The notes under the pieces: generated by a model
Database searches by the model: none
Told to the model about the DNA's origin: nothing
The model's input: the letters and a program-made list of their open reading frames with translations, nothing else
Shown here: in pieces, positions 1-9,555 of the stretch
Layout: each line of letters starts with the position of its first letter
Numbering within the stretch: position 1 is the stretch's first letter
Position numbers and translations under genes: made by a program
Source of the DNA: a virus
Lineage: Duplodnaviria > Heunggongvirae > Uroviricota > Caudoviricetes
IMG/VR virus record: IMGVR_UViG_3300025389_000018
Strand: one strand, 5' to 3'
Length of the DNA stretch: 64,000 bases

Positions 1-99
1 CTGCAGATGAGTCAGGAGAGTTGAAAAGTAAGTTATTAAATGCTCTAAATGAACGCGGGATAACGCCCTATCAAGAGTAATTACCTCTAAACTAGTGTC

Positions 100-1032
100 A
101 TGTTTAGGTCACTAGGAAGCACGGCTCAACCCATACACTTACAGGGTTCTCCTACCTCGTACTTCTCTGCCCCAGAACAAGAGTTAGACCCAGCCCTATT
201 TGACGGTACTAACCTCAAAGGCTGGGTTCGTAATGGATTATTGCATCTGTTGTTCGGATTCTTAAACGAAGTTTATCGTCATCCAGATATATGGTGCCAC
301 GTATGGATTGCTGGTTCAGGCGTGTCCTATCAATGGTCTGCTGCACGTCAGCCAGGCGACTTAGATGTGCTGATTGGCGTCAACTACATTCAGTTCCGTA
401 AAGCACACCCAGAATATGTTGGTTTGTCTGACGTCGAGATTAGCAAGATGTTAAATGAAGACTTCCGTACATACCTACAGCCCGACACAGAGGACTGGAA
501 CGGGTATGAAGTTACTTTCTATGTAAACCCAGGTGCCACTGATATTCGCACTATCAATCCTTACGCAGCCTACGACCTAACGCACAATGAATGGACTGTC
601 TTTCCTTCTAAAGAAGGTGCGCCAGAAAATCCTGTGTGGGAAGAACTGGCTAAAAAGGATTACAAGATGGCGGATGACATTGTTACACGATATACAGACG
701 CCTTAACTAGATTCCAACATGCAACCAATGATGCTGCCCGAAGAAACGCAGAGTTCAAGTTACAAGCAGCGCTAATGCAAGCATCTGCTCTGTACGACGA
801 TATACACCATGCAAGAACTTATGCCTTTGGACAAGGTGGCAAGGGTTATAGCGATTATTACAACTACCGGTGGCAAGCAGGAAAGAAATACGGGACTGTT
901 CCTACCTTGCGAAAGATGTCTGAGTTCTGGTCAGCATACAAAGCACAAGAAGCAGATGAGACCTATGGCGTTGAACTGCCAGACACTCAGACCCTAATTA
1001 GGAGAGCGGCTACATACCGAGCAAAAGGATAA
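100..1032 (+). CDS. Nucleotidyltransferase-fold protein (pol-beta/MNT-like GS...DxD motif)
   Basis: Motif IAGSGVSYQWSAARQPGDLDVLIGV matches the NTase G[SG]x9-13 Dh[DE]h signature. It is a 310-aa ORF with an alpha-helical C-terminal half. Confidence 0.5.
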   Translation: MFRSLGSTAQPIHLQGSPTSYFSAPEQELDPALFDGTNLKGWVRNGLLHLLFGFLNEVYRHPDIWCHVWIAGSGVSYQWSAARQPGDLDVLIGVNYIQFRKAHPEYVGLSDVEISKMLNEDFRTYLQPDTEDWNGYEVTFYVNPGATDIRTINPYAAYDLTHNEWTVFPSKEGAPENPVWEELAKKDYKMADDIVTRYTDALTRFQHATNDAARRNAEFKLQAALMQASALYDDIHHARTYAFGQGGKGYSDYYNYRWQAGKKYGTVPTLRKMSEFWSAYKAQEADETYGVELPDTQTLIRRAATYRAKG

Positions 1033-1048
1033 GACCATAAACATACTG

Positions 1049-1528
1049 TTGAATTTAGATGGAGTACTTAGTTCGGAACAAGGAGAACCAATCCGAGCAG
1101 GAGTGCAACTTTACTACGCCCTAAATAATGGTCATAGAGTCGCTCTTATGACTAGCCGTAATCAAGCGGATGCTGAGCATTGGTTAGCTTCTCATGGCAT
1201 TGTCGGTTATGACGACCTCATTGATTCTTCTTTTCATCTAGAGGGAGAAAACCTAAAGAAGCGTCAATTTACTCTCTCACGTTCACGGGCGCCAATCGAA
1301 CTCTATGTAGACTCCGACCCCCACATTTGTGCATGGGTATTTGAAGAACAACGAGTCCCAATTCTGATGTTTGGAAGTCCTGTTTACTCCAAAATTGAAA
1401 ATCGTCCTAGTGCACCTAGAAGTGTTCGTAAATGGAGCGAGATTGAAGAGTCTGTAACTAGAGTCAACCTAGCAAAGGTACGTGAGTACACCAAGACTGC
1501 CCCAGAATTGGGAGAGTGGAGTGACTAA
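1049..1528 (+). CDS. Hypothetical protein (TTG start; weak HAD-like N-terminal LDGVL with the nucleophile Asp missing)
   Basis: A 159-aa ORF with a non-ATG start. It is tightly packed between neighbouring genes. Confidence 0.35.
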   Translation: MNLDGVLSSEQGEPIRAGVQLYYALNNGHRVALMTSRNQADAEHWLASHGIVGYDDLIDSSFHLEGENLKKRQFTLSRSRAPIELYVDSDPHICAWVFEEQRVPILMFGSPVYSKIENRPSAPRSVRKWSEIEESVTRVNLAKVREYTKTAPELGEWSD

Positions 1529-1580
1529 ACTAATCTTCTCAGGGGCCGAGGTAGGCTCTAATCGCACTCTTTTAGAAGGA

Positions 1581-3026
1581 ATGAAAGTTGATACGATGGG
1601 ACTCAACTTTTATGCGTTGAAGAAGAGAGGTTTGCCTAAGACCAAAATCTGGCTTATCTCAGAGCATTTCACTGAGGACACTCAGGTAGTAATCGAGTCT
1701 GGAGTACAGCAGGCAGAACGAGATGGATTGTCTAAAGAAGAACTGATTTCTTTAGCAGCAGATTACCAAGAGTTTTTGGTCAATAATGCGGACAGAGCTG
1801 CAGCTTTTCTAGAGTTTGATTCCCAAGTATTAGGCTTAAAATGGGTGGAAGAACAACGCCCCTTTTTCAGTAACGACCCAAAATTATGGGTAGTGTGGCA
1901 TGAGGAATACGGCTTACCAGCCCTTAAAGCCCTCTCAGAAGCCTACGAGAACGTCGCCATACCCAACGATGAGATTGAGTCTGTAACAAGCCTCTCAGCC
2001 GTTACAAGGATACACCAGAGGACATACGGCACCCTTTTTCATGCACTTGGGTGTGCCAAGCCAGACAACCTCAGACAGATACCATTTGCAACAGCCAGCA
2101 CATTGTCATGGTTATCACCCATGCGTAGAGGTGAAACGATTGTGTGGGATGGGCAAAAGATAGTCCGTTACCCCAAGAAGATGAAAGACCAAGCCAGACC
2201 TCGGTACAAGGCAATTGTAGAGAAAGCTGGACTGGACTATTTGGCGTTTAAAGAAGATAGTACCCTCGAAGCGACTAGAGTAGCGGTCTGGTCATACAAG
2301 CAAATGGAGTCATCAATGGATAAAAAGAAGCCCGATTTACACCTCATTGAGGGTGGTAAAGACGACAAGTTATCTGATAACAGCACTGAATTGATGACAG
2401 GTTTAGGAGGATTTGACTTCCTCGATTCTGATAACAAGGGGGTAGAGACACGGAAAAAATCTGCACCTGAAGTGGTGCAAAGAGCCCCAGAAGATATCCA
2501 AAATCTCCCTGTTTTCGGGTTCAGGATGAAGACCATAGTTGACCAAGATGAGAATGGCAAGGATGTCCTGATGGATGTTCCAGTCGTTCACACTCAGCAA
2601 TCTTCTCTACGACAGTGCGATACATGCTTTGTTGCAGCAAACTGTCCTGCCTTCAAACCTCAAAATACCTGCGCCTTCAACCTTCCAATCGAAGTAAAAA
2701 CTAAAGACCAACTTAAGGCTTTGATGGTCTCGATGATTGAAATGCAGGGTCAAAGAGTCGCTTTTATGCGTTTTGCTGAAGAAATGAACGGTGGATACGC
2801 TGACCCAAATGTGTCTCAAGAAGTTGACCGCCTCATCAAAATGGTTAAAGAAGTTAACGACATGAACTCCGATAAAGAGTTCATTCAGATTACAGCTCAA
2901 CGTCAATCTGCTGGTGGAGTTCTGTCTGCCATCTTTGGGGACAAGGCTCAGGCTCTTCGTGAACTGCCAGATGCCCTGAAGGAAGATACAGTCACAAAAA
3001 TTATCCAAGATTCTATAGAAGAGTAG
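1581..3026 (+). CDS. Hypothetical protein with Cys cluster CDTCx5Cx8C (start ambiguous: 1482 or RBS-preceded ATG at 1581)
   Basis: Long ORF with aggaATG at 1581. The antisense ORFs inside it (2237-3008) are judged spurious. Confidence 0.6.
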   Translation: MKVDTMGLNFYALKKRGLPKTKIWLISEHFTEDTQVVIESGVQQAERDGLSKEELISLAADYQEFLVNNADRAAAFLEFDSQVLGLKWVEEQRPFFSNDPKLWVVWHEEYGLPALKALSEAYENVAIPNDEIESVTSLSAVTRIHQRTYGTLFHALGCAKPDNLRQIPFATASTLSWLSPMRRGETIVWDGQKIVRYPKKMKDQARPRYKAIVEKAGLDYLAFKEDSTLEATRVAVWSYKQMESSMDKKKPDLHLIEGGKDDKLSDNSTELMTGLGGFDFLDSDNKGVETRKKSAPEVVQRAPEDIQNLPVFGFRMKTIVDQDENGKDVLMDVPVVHTQQSSLRQCDTCFVAANCPAFKPQNTCAFNLPIEVKTKDQLKALMVSMIEMQGQRVAFMRFAEEMNGGYADPNVSQEVDRLIKMVKEVNDMNSDKEFIQITAQRQSAGGVLSAIFGDKAQALRELPDALKEDTVTKIIQDSIEE

Positions 3027-3187
3027 TTATCTGATAACAGCGGTTCTTAATGCCTGAAACAGGTGAGACACGCAAATGAGCTGGTTAGAGTTTTAACTGT
3101 TAGCAAGTGCATGGTAGGTTCTATACCTACATAATAGTCCTCCCCTATTAAGGGGTATTTTAACTTTTAGAGAAATGGTGGTCATAA

Positions 3188-5206
3188 ATGGGCTTGTTCT
3201 CCTTTGAACTAGCAAAAGATTTTGTAGATGGTTACGGCACAAAGAAGGCACCATTTGGGTATCGAGATGCTGCTGGAAATTCGGTAGGAGAGATTACCTT
3301 CTTACGTACCTATTCTCGCATAAAGCCAGATGGTACGAAAGAAACATGGGTAGATGTCTGCGAGCGTGTCATTAACGGCATGTACTCTTTGCAGAAAGAC
3401 CATGCCAAACTCAACCGACTTCCTTGGTCAGATGCCAAGGCAGCCGCTTCTGCTAAAGAAGCCTTTGACCGTCTTTTCAACTTAAAGTGGACTCCCCCAG
3501 GACGCGGTCTTTGGGTTATGGGTACTCCACTCGTCAATGAACAGCGAAACTCGGCAGCCTTGCAAAACTGTGCTTTTGTTTCAACAGGTTCTATGACCAA
3601 AGTTGACCCTGCCAAACCTTTTGCCTTTCTGATGGAAGCGTCAATGCTAGGTGTAGGTGTCGGCTTTGACGATAAAGGCGCTGATAAAGACTTCACAATT
3701 TACGAACCACAACAAGGAGAAATTTATGTCATTCCAGACACCCGCGAAGGATGGGTCGAGTCATTTGCCGCCATCCTCAATAGCTACCTTAAGCCAGATA
3801 CGAAGAGCCCAGTCTTTGATTATAGCCAAATCCGCCCAGAAGGAGAGCCCATCAAAACCTTCGGTGGAACAGCAGCAGGTCCGCAACCTCTAATTAAACT
3901 CCATAACGATATTCGCTCCATCTTTGATGGTAGGGCTGGTCAAAAACTTACTCGCACAAATATCGCTGACATCGGCAACCTCATTGGTGTCTGTGTTGTC
4001 TCTGGAAATGTACGCCGTAGTGCTGAACTTCTTATGGGTCGTATTGACGACCAAGACTTCCTAAACCTTAAGAACTATGACCTCAATCCACAGCGTGCAG
4101 GTCACGGTTGGCTATCCAATAACTCGGTTGAAGTGACTGTAGGCACTGATTTGTCCCCCATTCTTGAAGGTATTTCCCGTAATGGTGAGCCTGGGGTTAT
4201 TTGGATGGATGTATCCCGTAAGTATGGTCGCTTGGCTGACCCAGAGAACAACAAGGACTGGCGTATCGCTGGATACAATCCTTGTGCTGAACAGTCTCTT
4301 GAATCATACGAGTGTTGTACTCTGGTTGAAACTTACCTCAACCGCCATGAGAACTTGGAAGACTTCAAAAGAACATTGAAATTCGCTTACCTTTACGCTA
4401 AGACTGTTACTTTGCTTCCTACGCATTGGGAAGATACTAATGCCATTATGATTAGAAATAGACGCATTGGAACTTCTGTTTCGGGAGTAGCAAATTTTGC
4501 AGATAATAAAGGACTTCCTGCGCTACGACAATGGATGGATGATGGATACAAAGTTATTCAAAATTACGATAAAGGATACTCAGAATGGTTAGGAGTACGG
4601 GAGTCCATAAAAACCACAACGATTAAGCCTTCAGGAACAGTCTCTATCCTTGCTGGAGAATCTCCTGGGGTTCATTGGTCAGTAGGAGGTAGGTACTTCC
4701 TCCGAGCAATTCGTTTCCGTAATGAAGACCCTATGTTACCTTTGTTTAAGATGGCACAGTACACAGTTGAACCAGCAGCAGAAGACCCAGTCAATACTTC
4801 TGTTGTACTATTTCCAGTCAAGAGTGATGCAACTCGTTCTGAACAAGAAGTGTCTATTTATGAAAAAATTGCTCTTGCTGCAACTGCTCAAAGATATTGG
4901 AGCGACAACTCTGTGTCTGTTACGGTTTCTTTTGACCCAGATACTGAATCCGATACAATTGGCAAGGTACTACATATGTACGATGGTCAATTAAAGACTG
5001 TTTCATTCTTACCTATGATGAAAGGTGGTGCATATAAGCACATGCCTTACACTCAAATCACCGAAGAAGAGTATGAGGCTGAAAGCATGAAGTTGTTCCC
5101 TATTGACTTTGCTGGTGTCTATGCAGGTATGGCAGCGGACGCCGTTGGCGAAAATTACTGCACGACGGACGCATGTGAAGTTAAACTTATTAAGGACAAC
5201 CAGTGA
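3188..5206 (+). CDS. Ribonucleotide reductase, class II (adenosylcobalamin-dependent, monomeric RTPR-like)
   Basis: Contains FLRTYSR and the active-site NPCAEQSLESYECC (Cys-Glu), plus a C-terminal Cys pair (CTTDAC). There is no partner beta-subunit gene and no glycyl-radical motif. Confidence 0.6.
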   Translation: MGLFSFELAKDFVDGYGTKKAPFGYRDAAGNSVGEITFLRTYSRIKPDGTKETWVDVCERVINGMYSLQKDHAKLNRLPWSDAKAAASAKEAFDRLFNLKWTPPGRGLWVMGTPLVNEQRNSAALQNCAFVSTGSMTKVDPAKPFAFLMEASMLGVGVGFDDKGADKDFTIYEPQQGEIYVIPDTREGWVESFAAILNSYLKPDTKSPVFDYSQIRPEGEPIKTFGGTAAGPQPLIKLHNDIRSIFDGRAGQKLTRTNIADIGNLIGVCVVSGNVRRSAELLMGRIDDQDFLNLKNYDLNPQRAGHGWLSNNSVEVTVGTDLSPILEGISRNGEPGVIWMDVSRKYGRLADPENNKDWRIAGYNPCAEQSLESYECCTLVETYLNRHENLEDFKRTLKFAYLYAKTVTLLPTHWEDTNAIMIRNRRIGTSVSGVANFADNKGLPALRQWMDDGYKVIQNYDKGYSEWLGVRESIKTTTIKPSGTVSILAGESPGVHWSVGGRYFLRAIRFRNEDPMLPLFKMAQYTVEPAAEDPVNTSVVLFPVKSDATRSEQEVSIYEKIALAATAQRYWSDNSVSVTVSFDPDTESDTIGKVLHMYDGQLKTVSFLPMMKGGAYKHMPYTQITEEEYEAESMKLFPIDFAGVYAGMAADAVGENYCTTDACEVKLIKDNQ

Positions 5207-5802
5207 AGTACTTTCAGTACAGCAATAGTGAAGCAGGTCAAGAATCCTTCGTGCTGAACATGCTTGATGAAAAGCGCGAAGGGTACTACGTTGAGATTGG
5301 AGCCTTCGAGTCTCGTAAGACCAGCAACACTTACCTGCTCGAAGGCTTGTACGACTGGAAAGGTGTGGCTTTAGAGATTGTCCTAGAGCATGTCAGAGAG
5401 TACAACCAAAATAGGAGTAACCCTTGTATCTTGGCAGACGCAACGGAGTTTGATTACCTCGCGTATTTCATAGAGCATGACTTCCCTCGTCAAATTGACT
5501 ACTTGCAGCTTGATATAGAGCCAGCTAGTAGCACACTTGAAGCTCTAAAGAAACTTCCATTAAACCATTATCGTTTCTCAGTCATTACTTTCGAGCATGA
5601 CTTGTACTACGGCCCAGAAAACAAAGCAGTAAAAGAGGAGCAAAAAGAACTTCTAACTTCTTTAGGGTATGAATTGGCTGTGGAAAACGTGATGGTTGAT
5701 GCACCTGGATGGCCTCTACGAGAGTTTGAGGATTGGTGGGTTGACCCAAAGATTGTTTCTAAAGAAAAGTACAAAGACTTAAAACTTCGTTATATGGATT
5801 GA
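5203..5802 (+). CDS. FkbM-family SAM-dependent methyltransferase-like protein
   Basis: N-terminal GQESFVLNML...YYVEIGAFES..SNTYLLE..WKGVALE and a later IDYLQLDIEPAS pattern match Methyltransf_21 (FkbM). It overlaps the RNR stop by 4 nt. Confidence 0.5.
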   Translation: MKYFQYSNSEAGQESFVLNMLDEKREGYYVEIGAFESRKTSNTYLLEGLYDWKGVALEIVLEHVREYNQNRSNPCILADATEFDYLAYFIEHDFPRQIDYLQLDIEPASSTLEALKKLPLNHYRFSVITFEHDLYYGPENKAVKEEQKELLTSLGYELAVENVMVDAPGWPLREFEDWWVDPKIVSKEKYKDLKLRYMD

Positions 5803-5817
5803 TGTCTTTAGCCTAAC

Positions 5818-5855
5818 AAAAAGCCCCACTAATACTTGACTAGTGGGGCTTTTGC
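5818..5855. terminator. Bidirectional rho-independent terminator between convergent genes
   Basis: AAAAGCCCCACTA-atacttgac-TAGTGGGGCTTTT. It has a 9-bp GC stem with A- and T-runs on either side. Confidence 0.7.
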
Positions 5856-5867
5856 TATTGCTTTTGT

Positions 5868-6503
5868 TTATTTACTTGTTGCTACCTTGTTATGAGTAGG
5901 CTTAGTTAGGTTCATAGAACGTGGCTTTGCATAGTCTGCGTTCATTGTTTCCCCCTTATGTGTGAGGCTTACCGAACTCTTTGCTGTAGTTTGGTAAGGA
6001 TATTTTGACATGTAGTACTGGACTATAGGTTGGTTTGTACCTTTCCAATCATCCCAATTCTTCCCGCCATCGCTCATCTTGTAAGCAACTGTGGCGTTAA
6101 CAATAGGGTCGAACAACTGGTTGTTAGACTTTAGCCCGTAATAGGCACGTCTAGCAGGACCGAGTTCTCCAATCATGTTGATTTGGAATAGTCCGTAGGA
6201 GTGGTCTCCTGTGTACACATTTCCGTTGTAGTCTAAAGGACGACCTTGAGACTCTTTCTTTGCTATTGCCCATGCTTCTTTTAGGTGCTTTCCCTTAAAC
6301 CCAACTACCTTTAGTAGTTGAACAAGGCGTGTGTCAGAGAGGTATTTAACTCCTGCAAATGACTTGACCATAAGTGCGTGGGCTGGTTCGGGGGCTATTG
6401 CTGGCGTTGCTATTCCAAGTCCGATTACAAAAGCGAAAATCGGGCTTGTGAACATTGACGCTAGAACAACCTTTCCTCTTGTTGTTAGTTTCATAGTTAT
6501 CAC
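5868..6503 (-). CDS. Lytic transglycosylase (SLT/lysozyme-like domain) with N-terminal TM/signal
   Basis: Carries the KKESQG catalytic-Glu motif and GLFQIN, with a hydrophobic N-terminus. Confidence 0.65.
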   Translation of the reverse strand: MITMKLTTRGKVVLASMFTSPIFAFVIGLGIATPAIAPEPAHALMVKSFAGVKYLSDTRLVQLLKVVGFKGKHLKEAWAIAKKESQGRPLDYNGNVYTGDHSYGLFQINMIGELGPARRAYYGLKSNNQLFDPIVNATVAYKMSDGGKNWDDWKGTNQPIVQYYMSKYPYQTTAKSSVSLTHKGETMNADYAKPRSMNLTKPTHNKVATSK

Positions 6504-7834
6504 TACTCCAAATAGTCATTGACAACCTCGGCTGCCTTTGACTGCTGGTGACGTACTCGGTGTAAGTACCTTTCTGTCGTTGTGATTGACTGATGACCTA
6601 AACGCTCTTTGACTTCATGCACATCTACGCCATTCTTTAGAAGAATAGTGGCGTTAGCGTGTCTTAGGTCGTGCGTTTTGGGATACCAGCCAATACCTGA
6701 CGTGGTTATGGCTCCATTCCAAGTGGCTCTCCACCTGTCACGGGGCAGATAGTCCTCGCTTTTGCTAAGGCTTTGGCTTTTGCTTTCGCTTTTGCTAAGG
6801 CTTTCTGCTTTGCCTTTGGCTTTGTCCTTTCTGTATTGGTGGCGGTATTCCTTAACCGCTAATTGGCAGTCTACACACCTGCAACCACCCACATTGTAGG
6901 CATAGGTAGTTCCATGCTGGAAGGTTCTGCTTCCAACTGTGTAAGACTTCTTTCTCCCTGTCCTTTTGGTAGGGCTTCCTAGTTTACCTGGTGTTAAGAC
7001 TGTGTTCTTTGAAAAGACTAGGTCGTCTTTTGCTAAGGCTTTTACTGAGACAAATTTTTTTACCTCGGCTATGAGGTTTTCGCTTAGGACTACGGTTCGT
7101 TTGTTGCCATTCTTGGTCGCTTCAACCACCGCAAATCTTTTACCTCGGTTGAGTTCTTTGCCTATATCAGCAACTGTTCTTCTGACATAGACTTCTTTAG
7201 CAGAGAAGTTAAAGTCTTTAACTCTTAGTTCTGTGGCTTCTCCAAATCGCAACCCAGAACCTATGAGAAATCTGGCAAATAACTGTGCGCCTTCTGTTGG
7301 TAAGTTCTTTAAGATGGCTTGAAAGTCTTTAGGTTCTAGCGTGTACGTTGGGTCGGGTCTTTGTACGGGTGTCTTTATTCGGTGTGTGGGATTGGTTGGT
7401 ATCAACTCATCCTCTACGGCTTGTCTGAATAAGTAACCTAGTGCCGTCTTGAGGTGGGATAAATTAGATGGGCTTACGCCTTCCTTCTTTAAGGATTCAA
7501 GTAATTGGCGGATGTCTTGTCTCTTGATTGCGGAGATGCGTGTATCACCAACTTTAGGTAGGGCATACTTCTTTAGCAGAATGAGATATGTCTTTTTTGT
7601 GCTTAGGCGAACATCTGTTCTAGTCAATAAGTCTTTAGCGTAACTGTTTAGTGTAGGTTGATTATCCGGCAGCAATACGCTCTTTTTTGGTAGTGGTATA
7701 TCTGCGCCTTCTTCGGCTAATAGACCAGCCTGTAACGCCTTCGCTTTAGAGTTGAAAGTACCAGCAGACTTAACCTTGCCGTCTGCTCTGTAATAGCCTG
7801 TGTAGCGTTTATTGCGCTCTATTACATAAGCCAT
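6503..7834 (-). CDS. int: Tyrosine integrase (arm-binding N-domain plus catalytic domain) with an internal Ser/Lys-rich repeat insert
   Basis: C-terminal HDLRHANAT...LGHQSITTTERYLH (the R..H-R-Y tetrad region), LRFGEATELR box I, and an N-terminal AP2/arm-DNA-binding-like MAYVIERNKRYTGYYRADGK. Confidence 0.85.
   Translation of the reverse strand: MAYVIERNKRYTGYYRADGKVKSAGTFNSKAKALQAGLLAEEGADIPLPKKSVLLPDNQPTLNSYAKDLLTRTDVRLSTKKTYLILLKKYALPKVGDTRISAIKRQDIRQLLESLKKEGVSPSNLSHLKTALGYLFRQAVEDELIPTNPTHRIKTPVQRPDPTYTLEPKDFQAILKNLPTEGAQLFARFLIGSGLRFGEATELRVKDFNFSAKEVYVRRTVADIGKELNRGKRFAVVEATKNGNKRTVVLSENLIAEVKKFVSVKALAKDDLVFSKNTVLTPGKLGSPTKRTGRKKSYTVGSRTFQHGTTYAYNVGGCRCVDCQLAVKEYRHQYRKDKAKGKAESLSKSESKSQSLSKSEDYLPRDRWRATWNGAITTSGIGWYPKTHDLRHANATILLKNGVDVHEVKERLGHQSITTTERYLHRVRHQQSKAAEVVNDYLE
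6765..6835 (-). repeat. Degenerate tandem DNA repeat inside int encoding KGKAESLSKSESKSQSLSKSE
   Basis: Repeated units ttgctaaggctttggcttttgctttcgcttttgctaaggctttctgctttgcctttggctttg. Confidence 0.6.
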
Positions 7835-7855
7835 TATGGGTAACCCCCGTTTCCT

Positions 7856-7950
7856 ACTGGCGAGTAACTTACTGGTGAGTAACTTACCGTACTGGTGAGT
7901 AACTTGCGAACCGACACGCTACTGGCGAGTAAGTTACTGGCGAGTAACTT
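7856..7950. promoter_or_regulatory. Five direct 15-bp repeats ACTGGYGAGTAASTT upstream of int: candidate integrase arm-type sites / attP arm
   Basis: Copies at 7856, 7871, 7891, 7921 and 7936, immediately 5' of the int start. They are followed by the inverted repeat AGGGGCAG-17nt-CTGCCCCT (7975-8008). Confidence 0.6.
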
Positions 7951-8020
7951 AATGGACAAAAAAATAGGGGCAGATAGTCGGATTGACTACCTGCCCCTTA
8001 AAGAAGTTTATCCTTCTTTT

Positions 8021-8194
8021 TCAGTAACCGCCTAAGCACTCTTTACTCCTAGTGTGTTTAGGTATTGCTTTTTGTATCGTCTTTAGCGTGGGTGCGTATA
8101 GGTCATGCCCACAAGCAGAACACTTGAAGTAATACTCTTGACCTTCCTCTTGCCATTGAATACCAGCATGAATTGACTTAGTTAGAGTATTCAT
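8021..8194 (-). CDS. Small hypothetical protein with CSACGH zinc-knuckle (57 aa; not in ORF track)
   Basis: ATG preceded by AGAGGA. It lies between the int regulatory region and the WhiB gene. Confidence 0.3.
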   Translation of the reverse strand: MNTLTKSIHAGIQWQEEGQEYYFKCSACGHDLYAPTLKTIQKAIPKHTRSKECLGGY

Positions 8195-8300
8195 CGTAAG
8201 TCCTCTGTAATGCTTCTACTAAGAAACTAACTTCGATTTCATCCATACCTTCTACCATTCTTTCGTTTAGCACCCATATAAACCCATCATCACCAAACAT

Positions 8301-8578
8301 CTAAGCCACTTCCCTTTCTATAACTATTCCATTGGACACTACCGATATAGGGCTTTCATACCCTGTTCCATCGTACATCTTGCCACCCCATACCCCGTAT
8401 ATCCCTCTCTGAGTCTTGGCATAGTTGCTACACGCTTTTAGTAAGTGGCATTTCCTACATATACTTTTCGCTAATTTGATTTCTTCTTTACGCCTAAAGT
8501 TATTCTTTGGGAAGAATACTTCGGGGTCTGTCTGAGCGCATAGTTGAGTTCCGTCATACGGGCTGTCACCACTCATAG
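8301..8578 (-). CDS. whiB: WhiB-like Fe-S transcription factor
   Basis: Four Cys (C..CRKC..CHLLKAC) plus the signature GVWGG turn. The start is refined to an internal ATG with AAGGAGAG RBS (ORF-track start 8654). Confidence 0.7.
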
Positions 8579-8835
8579 TCTCTTGCCCTCTCCTTCCGTT
8601 CTTCTGACTTAGACTCCACTTCATCAAGTGAAACCACCTTAAAGATAAAGTCATAGTTCTCTTTGTTATTCATTTTTTCTAACTTTTTTGCTTCTGACTT
8701 TGCTTTCCTTTTAGTCTTAAATAGCCCATACCAGCAGAGACAATCGGGGTCTGAGAGAGCCGTTGTTATCTCTATACACCACTTGAATTTGCGCTTATAC
8801 ATTTGTATCCACCTCTTTGCTATTAGGTACTGCAT
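8566..8835 (-). CDS. Hypothetical basic protein
   Basis: Lies in the leftward operon with short overlaps to its neighbours. Confidence 0.45.
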   Translation of the reverse strand: MQYLIAKRWIQMYKRKFKWCIEITTALSDPDCLCWYGLFKTKRKAKSEAKKLEKMNNKENYDFIFKVVSLDEVESKSEERKERARDYEW

Positions 8836-9079
8836 GGTAGGTAATTTCTTTATGGATTATTATGGTGCGATAAGTAGCAGTTACTTCTTGCTTTATCTCT
8901 ACACCATTCTCCTTCTTAATAACATTGAAGTCTTTAGGGTTCTTTAAGGCTTCTGCTACTTGGCTTAACAATAGTTCTTTTTCTCTGTTGCTAATAACTC
9001 GGTCAGTATTAAACTCAATAGCCAACCTATATTTTCGTACACCTTGTTCTTTAACTATCTTTATTACTGTTTCAGACAT
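8795..9079 (-). CDS. Hypothetical protein
   Basis: Operon context. It starts MSET like the following gene. Confidence 0.5.
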   Translation of the reverse strand: MSETVIKIVKEQGVRKYRLAIEFNTDRVISNREKELLLSQVAEALKNPKDFNVIKKENGVEIKQEVTATYRTIIIHKEITYHAVPNSKEVDTNV

Positions 9080-9302
9080 TTATTTCATCTCCATTTTCGT
9101 CTAGAAATATAATTCCATATTGTGAATACGCTATATCTTCCCATGCTATTTCTTTAACATAGTCCATAAGCATTTCAAGAGTTACTTCGGATACTTCTAC
9201 TTCATAACACTCTGCTAACTCCTTCAGAAATTCATCATCAACTCTGTAAGTAATAGTTCGTTGAGCATTAACTTCTTTAGGAAGTGCGATTGTTTCAGAC
9301 AT
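9072..9302 (-). CDS. Hypothetical acidic protein
   Basis: Operon context. Confidence 0.5.
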   Translation of the reverse strand: MSETIALPKEVNAQRTITYRVDDEFLKELAECYEVEVSEVTLEMLMDYVKEIAWEDIAYSQYGIIFLDENGDEINV

Positions 9303-9315
9303 TTTGATTCTCCTT

Positions 9316-9555
9316 TTAATTTTCCCATAGTAAGTTTTCTAGTATTAAATCTCTTTCTCTTTCTATAAGCCAATCTTCTGCCGCTTTTTGTGCTTCTGCC
9401 TTTGTTCTGTATCTGTAATCATCTCCGTCTATGAAGTTGTCACTCTCGAAGTATTGCCATGCCCAGTTGCCTTCGCCATTTTTGTACACCCATACATCTT
9501 CTTTAGGAGAGGCATAGACACTTAGTCCATTTAGTTCTTTCTTATGAAACTTCAA
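9316..9555 (-). CDS. Hypothetical protein ending ...ENLLWEN (LW-tail family member)
   Basis: Its C-terminal LLWEN resembles the tails of the 21-23 kb cluster. Confidence 0.5.
   Translation of the reverse strand: MKFHKKELNGLSVYASPKEDVWVYKNGEGNWAWQYFESDNFIDGDDYRYRTKAEAQKAAEDWLIERERDLILENLLWEN

Noticed and set aside
1049-1528. A HAD-family phosphatase call from the N-terminal LDGVL.
   Set aside because: The first Asp of DxDG[TV]L, the nucleophile, is Asn, and motifs II-IV are not evident. The start codon is non-ATG.
2237-3696. Antisense ORFs 2237-2560, 2403-2600, 2607-3008 and 3310-3696.
   Set aside because: They are embedded in the longer plus-strand ORFs (1581-3026, and the RNR) and have no RBS or context support.
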